From positions 1,188,139 to 1,252,138 of the forward strand of contig JBMNIF010000002.1 of NCBI GenBank assembly GCA_050950765.1: 64,000 nt of DNA, given 5' to 3'. Each line of letters starts with the position of its first letter. Position 1 is the stretch's first letter. The notes below the pieces were generated by a model. It was given only the letters and a program-made list of their open reading frames with translations. It was not told where the DNA came from and did not search any database. This stretch comes from Bdellovibrionota bacterium (GTDB lineage Bacteria; Bdellovibrionota_C; UBA2361; JAAYZI01). Both the position numbers and the translations under genes were made by a program. Positions 59,767 through 64,000 of this stretch are shown here, piece by piece.

Positions 59767-62700
59767 ATGAAGCATTTTTATGCTGTACTGTTTTCGCTAT
59801 CACTATTCCTTTTTCCGTTTACCTCTTTTGCTCAAGAGATGTCTCAAGGACAAAAGATAGAGATTGAGAAAGATGATCTACGTGACAGGGTTTATTCCGT
59901 TAGGATTAAAGATAATACCTTTGGAGGAGGAGTAAATTTCTCTTTTTCTGCACCTCAAATAACCACTAGAAGTAGCTTAATACTAGATTACAAAGAGCTT
60001 GCAAAACAGTACCTTGCAACTTATGGGGGGCATTTCGGAATTACTGATGTAGCAACACAGTTCTTTGAGGGCGAGGTTACAGTTGATAATTTTGGGATGG
60101 CTCATGTCCGTTTCCCTCAAGCTTATCAAGGGGTGGCTGTTACTAACGGCGAAATGATAGTCCATATTAGGAGTAACGGTGCCTTAAAGACAATTAACGG
60201 TATCTTTATAAAGGGGCTTTCTGGCTTAAACGCTACTCCATCTATTACAGAGGGAGAAGCTACCGCAGTAGCTGCTTCTTACTGGCAACTTAAATACGGA
60301 GTTTCTTATGAGGTTGATGATATAGCCCTTGTTATTATCTCTCCTTCAGAGTTGAAAAATAAAGACGGTAAAAGTTACCTCTCTTGGCGGATTAGGTTAC
60401 GTAATGACGGTGAGTTCTTAGACGAAAACGTCTTTATTGATGCGCACACCGCTAATTATATTACTTATGAAAGTAATATCAGAGCTGCACACGGTGAAAA
60501 GACACCGATCTTTCGTAGAGTTGCAGAGCTGGCACCTGACGGGCAATGGTGGTTAAATGGAGTTTTCCCAGAGTATCCAGGTTATGTCTTTGGACGGTTA
60601 GAAGGAAGACCTGCGCGAGGACCCAATCCATACGTTAATGATGGTAAAGGTAGTGGGCCAGATACCGTTTATACTAGGTTAAATCAAGTTCATAAGTTCT
60701 TTCAAAATGAGTTAGGGATAAATGGACCCGACGGAAATGGTGGTATCTTTGTAGCAGAAAGTGGAATAGCAAAAGGTAAAAATGTAACAGATGCCTACAC
60801 CGATATCACTTGGTGCCCATCAAATGGAATGTTTTCAAATAAGCTTCATTTTATGTTTTGCGGATATTCTAAGTTAGAAGATTTAATCGGTCACGAATAT
60901 GCTCACGCTGTTGGGTGGGGTACATTAAAGTATGCTGGAGAATCAGGTGCCATAGAGGAAGCCATCTCTGATTTAACAGGATACCGTTTTCAAAAATACC
61001 TAACAGGTTCCACCGATTGGGTATGTGAAACTCAAACGGAGGATGAGTTGCCCTTTAGAAACTCTAAAACCCCAGGTGTTGGCACCCTCGATCCTTCCCC
61101 TGTCCACTGGTATGACAGCAATACTGACTGTAGTAGAATGCACATAATGTCAACAGTTGCAAGCCACGCTGCCTACCTCGCTTCAGAGGGAGGAGAGCGT
61201 GAAGGGTGTAAAGTCCGTGCCGTAGGGATTGAAAGGGTACATAATGTTTGGTTTCACGCCAAACTAAATTACTTTCCAAGCACCGTAACGTATAACTCCT
61301 CTATTAGTTATATTATGGATGCTTGTGATGACCTCTATCCAAATACAGTTAACCCCGAAGAGTTTAACCCTATCTGCTACCAGATTAAAAAAAGTATGTT
61401 AGCAACAAAGATGGATCAGAGAGGATACTGTAATGATAAACGAAAGATCTATGAAAGGGCTCCTTCCTGTGATTTTTGTCCAGATAACCCTAATAAAGAT
61501 GATATCGGATGTAGTGGTAACTGTGATGGTGAGGCTGACCTTGATAGTGATGGTGATGGCACACCTGATTGTTACGATGAGTGTCCAAATGATCCTGATA
61601 AGGTTACAGCAGGGCGGTGTGGTTGCGGTGTTCCGGAAGATATTGTGGATTTAGATGATGACACCTTCTGGGGGGCAGGTTCTTGTCCCGCTATTAGAAA
61701 CGATTGTGATGATACAAAGTTTGATAATACCGCCCCAGGTGAGCCAGAGATCTGTGGAGATAATATCGATAATGACTGTGATGGCTTAACAGATGAGGGG
61801 TGCGAAGAAGAAGAGCCCAAGCCCGACCCTAACTATACTGAAATAATCAGTAGGCTTCAGGGAGGTTCCGGTTACAGCAACTCTCCAGATATAAGTGGTG
61901 ATGGACGTTATATAGTGTTTTCTTCAAGTGGTAAGATGTTAGGGGTAACTGAACCTCTTAAAAATCTGAACGTCTTCTTATACGACACCAAACTTAACAC
62001 CTATACCCTTATTAGTAAGGATAATAACGGACTTGAATTAAATGGTGATGCCTTCAATTCACGCATTTCAAAAAAAGGTGAGACCGTAGTTTTTCAGTTA
62101 GATACTCCCCCCAACAAAAATGGTGTTTCAACAAGTAAAATTTTTGTTTGGAGAAAAGAAAAAGGGCTGCTCTTACTAACTAATCACGGCTATAGACCTT
62201 CAGTAAGCCCTGATGGCAGGTATGTTACGTATGACGTAAAAGAGGAAGAAAAAAACGGAGGTTATAATGCCGTATATATTTGGGATGCAGAAAAAAAGGG
62301 CGTGACGGGCGAAATAGATCCACCTAGTAGAGTTATTGAAAACACTCCTGAAAAGCTTGTGAATGGAAATTCTTTTAGTTCAGAAGTTAGCGCTACTGGA
62401 AAATATGTCGTGTTCTGTTCTGATGCTACTAACTTAGTTGATGAAGATAAGGACGGTGAAAAAATCTTTGTACGCAATATGATCTCAAAAGAGATTGAAT
62501 TAGTTGCTCGATTAAGGAAAGGTAGTAGTAAAGTTTGCCCAGCTATAACGATCGCAATCTCTGATGATGGTCGCTACATCACATATAGTGGATTGTTAGC
62601 CAGCAACACTTATGCTGCAGCGCATATTTACCTCTGGGATAGAGATAAGTATAGCAATAGAGACGAAAGAGATAGGTGGATTGATAAAACAACCCTTATT

Positions 62701-64000
62701 GACACGGAGTATGCGGAGTCAGGCAAAACCTCCTTTGCATCTAGTGGTGCCTCTTACGATCCTAATATCTCGGGAGATGGTCGTTATATAACGTTTAGAT
62801 CATCTGCAACAAACTTAGTAGAATCAGGTTCCATTGGAAATCTTCCTAAGATTTTCTTATATGATAAAGATACTTCTAAGATAGAATTAATTTCCACAGG
62901 TCTTAACGGAGCGATTCCCAATGGAGCACCATTAAAGAGCGGTGTTAGTGATGATGGTTCTATTATTGTTTTTGATAGCCGCGCTTCAAACTTAGTTGAA
63001 AGTATTTTAGATATCAACGGACAAGGGGAAGATGTATTTGCAGTGTATCGAGATGTATGCCCTGAAGATCCGGATAAATATTCAGTTGGTGAATGTGGTT
63101 GCGGAGTGCCTGACACAGATTCTGACGGAAACGGTATCGCTGATTGCAATGAAGAGTCAACCTCAACTCTAGATGAAGATGAAGAAGGCTTTTTAGATGA
63201 GTGCCCTTACGATCCCGCTAAAGTCTTTCCAGGGATCTGCGGTTGTGGTGTACCTGATACAGATAGTGATGGTGATGGCACTCCTGATTGTAATGATAAG
63301 TGTCCTAACGATCCGAAGAAAACAGAGCCAGGGATCTGCGGTTGTGGTGTGTCTGATATAGATACAGATAAAGATGGCACCCCAGATTGTAAAGACCTCT
63401 GTCCTAAAGATCCGAAGAAGGTATCAGCAGGGATCTGCGGTTGCGGAGTGCCTGATATTGATAGTGATAAAGATGGCGTTCCCGACTGCAAAGATAAGTG
63501 CCCTAAAGATCCAAAGAAGATAACCGCAGGTGTTTGTGGTTGTGGTGTGCCAGATATAGACACAGATAAAGATGGCACTCCTGATTGCAATGATAAGTGT
63601 CCTAACGATCCGAAGAAAACAAAGCCAGGGATCTGTGGTTGTGGCATTCCTGATATTGATAGTGATAAAGATGGCGTTCCCGACTGCAAAGATAAGTGCC
63701 CTAAAGATCCAAAGAAGATAACCGCAGGTGTTTGTGGTTGTGGTGTGCCAGATATAGACACAGATAAAGATGGCACTCCTGATTGCAAAGATCTCTGTCC
63801 TAAAGATCCGAAGAAGGTATCAGCAGGGATCTGCGGTTGCGGAGTGCCTGATATTGATAGTGATAAAGATGGCGTTCCCGACTGCAAAGATAAGTGCCCT
63901 AACGATCCGAAAAAAACCTTACCGGGGATATGTGGTTGTGGAGTGTCTGATATAGACAGTAATAAAGATGGTATTCCAGACTGTTTAGGTACGCCTGAAC
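59767..64000 (+). CDS. Second giant M4 metalloprotease paralog with a TolB/PD40-like propeller and TSP3-like repeats (partial, runs off the window)
   Basis: ATG at 59767 in the duplicated segment, with the frame apparently open to 64000 (so absent from the ORF track); seven repeats PDISGDGRYIVF, SRISKKGETVVF, PSVSPDGRYVTY, SEVSATGKYVVF, AISDDGRYITY, PNISGDGRYITF, GVSDDGSIIVF; then CPxDPxK.xPGICGCG repeats. Confidence 0.9.
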   Translation, partial: MKHFYAVLFSLSLFLFPFTSFAQEMSQGQKIEIEKDDLRDRVYSVRIKDNTFGGGVNFSFSAPQITTRSSLILDYKELAKQYLATYGGHFGITDVATQFFEGEVTVDNFGMAHVRFPQAYQGVAVTNGEMIVHIRSNGALKTINGIFIKGLSGLNATPSITEGEATAVAASYWQLKYGVSYEVDDIALVIISPSELKNKDGKSYLSWRIRLRNDGEFLDENVFIDAHTANYITYESNIRAAHGEKTPIFRRVAELAPDGQWWLNGVFPEYPGYVFGRLEGRPARGPNPYVNDGKGSGPDTVYTRLNQVHKFFQNELGINGPDGNGGIFVAESGIAKGKNVTDAYTDITWCPSNGMFSNKLHFMFCGYSKLEDLIGHEYAHAVGWGTLKYAGESGAIEEAISDLTGYRFQKYLTGSTDWVCETQTEDELPFRNSKTPGVGTLDPSPVHWYDSNTDCSRMHIMSTVASHAAYLASEGGEREGCKVRAVGIERVHNVWFHAKLNYFPSTVTYNSSISYIMDACDDLYPNTVNPEEFNPICYQIKKSMLATKMDQRGYCNDKRKIYERAPSCDFCPDNPNKDDIGCSGNCDGEADLDSDGDGTPDCYDECPNDPDKVTAGRCGCGVPEDIVDLDDDTFWGAGSCPAIRNDCDDTKFDNTAPGEPEICGDNIDNDCDGLTDEGCEEEEPKPDPNYTEIISRLQGGSGYSNSPDISGDGRYIVFSSSGKMLGVTEPLKNLNVFLYDTKLNTYTLISKDNNGLELNGDAFNSRISKKGETVVFQLDTPPNKNGVSTSKIFVWRKEKGLLLLTNHGYRPSVSPDGRYVTYDVKEEEKNGGYNAVYIWDAEKKGVTGEIDPPSRVIENTPEKLVNGNSFSSEVSATGKYVVFCSDATNLVDEDKDGEKIFVRNMISKEIELVARLRKGSSKVCPAITIAISDDGRYITYSGLLASNTYAAAHIYLWDRDKYSNRDERDRWIDKTTLIDTEYAESGKTSFASSGASYDPNISGDGRYITFRSSATNLVESGSIGNLPKIFLYDKDTSKIELISTGLNGAIPNGAPLKSGVSDDGSIIVFDSRASNLVESILDINGQGEDVFAVYRDVCPEDPDKYSVGECGCGVPDTDSDGNGIADCNEESTSTLDEDEEGFLDECPYDPAKVFPGICGCGVPDTDSDGDGTPDCNDKCPNDPKKTEPGICGCGVSDIDTDKDGTPDCKDLCPKDPKKVSAGICGCGVPDIDSDKDGVPDCKDKCPKDPKKITAGVCGCGVPDIDTDKDGTPDCNDKCPNDPKKTKPGICGCGIPDIDSDKDGVPDCKDKCPKDPKKITAGVCGCGVPDIDTDKDGTPDCKDLCPKDPKKVSAGICGCGVPDIDSDKDGVPDCKDKCPNDPKKTLPGICGCGVSDIDSNKDGIPDCLGTPE

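Noticed and set aside
54832..63887. Antisense ORFs (PQPQIPG repeats) and other overlapping ORFs in the track
   Set aside because: Shadow frames of well-supported genes on the opposite strand

Overview
AT-rich chromosomal window from a Gram-negative bacterium (LptD, AsmA, LapA/TPR, accD and rhamnose/mannose sugar genes; I cannot assign the taxon from sequence alone). Housekeeping genes (glgP, rsmJ, cstA, tatD, glnA, metY, accD, lptD, rmlB/rmlD, manC, gmd, rmd, an aas-like fusion, rsfS) are interleaved with much repeat DNA and several accessory loci. (1) A complete type II-C CRISPR-Cas9 locus: cas9-cas1-cas2, 8 x 38-nt repeats and a tracrRNA that can be paired by eye. Next to it lie a phage-like DUF3293/SAM-lyase-like gene and a solitary degenerate CRISPR repeat with a candidate promoter and terminator; this is my best candidate for an undescribed system. 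(2) Five intergenic clusters of about 60 GGGTGGCACC palindromic cores separated by reshuffled linker modules. (3) A 17-copy palindromic array with two alternating linkers. (4) A PGK-like protein that has lost its substrate-binding motifs; its 3' end is present as three extra tandem copies, one interrupted by an IS with TIRs and a 6-bp TSD. (5) An RNase II-like probable pseudonuclease. (6) Two giant secreted M4 metalloproteases that share a near-identical 2.3-kb promoter+catalytic module but carry different beta-propeller tails. All calls come from reading motifs by eye; no searches were run and copy counts are manual.
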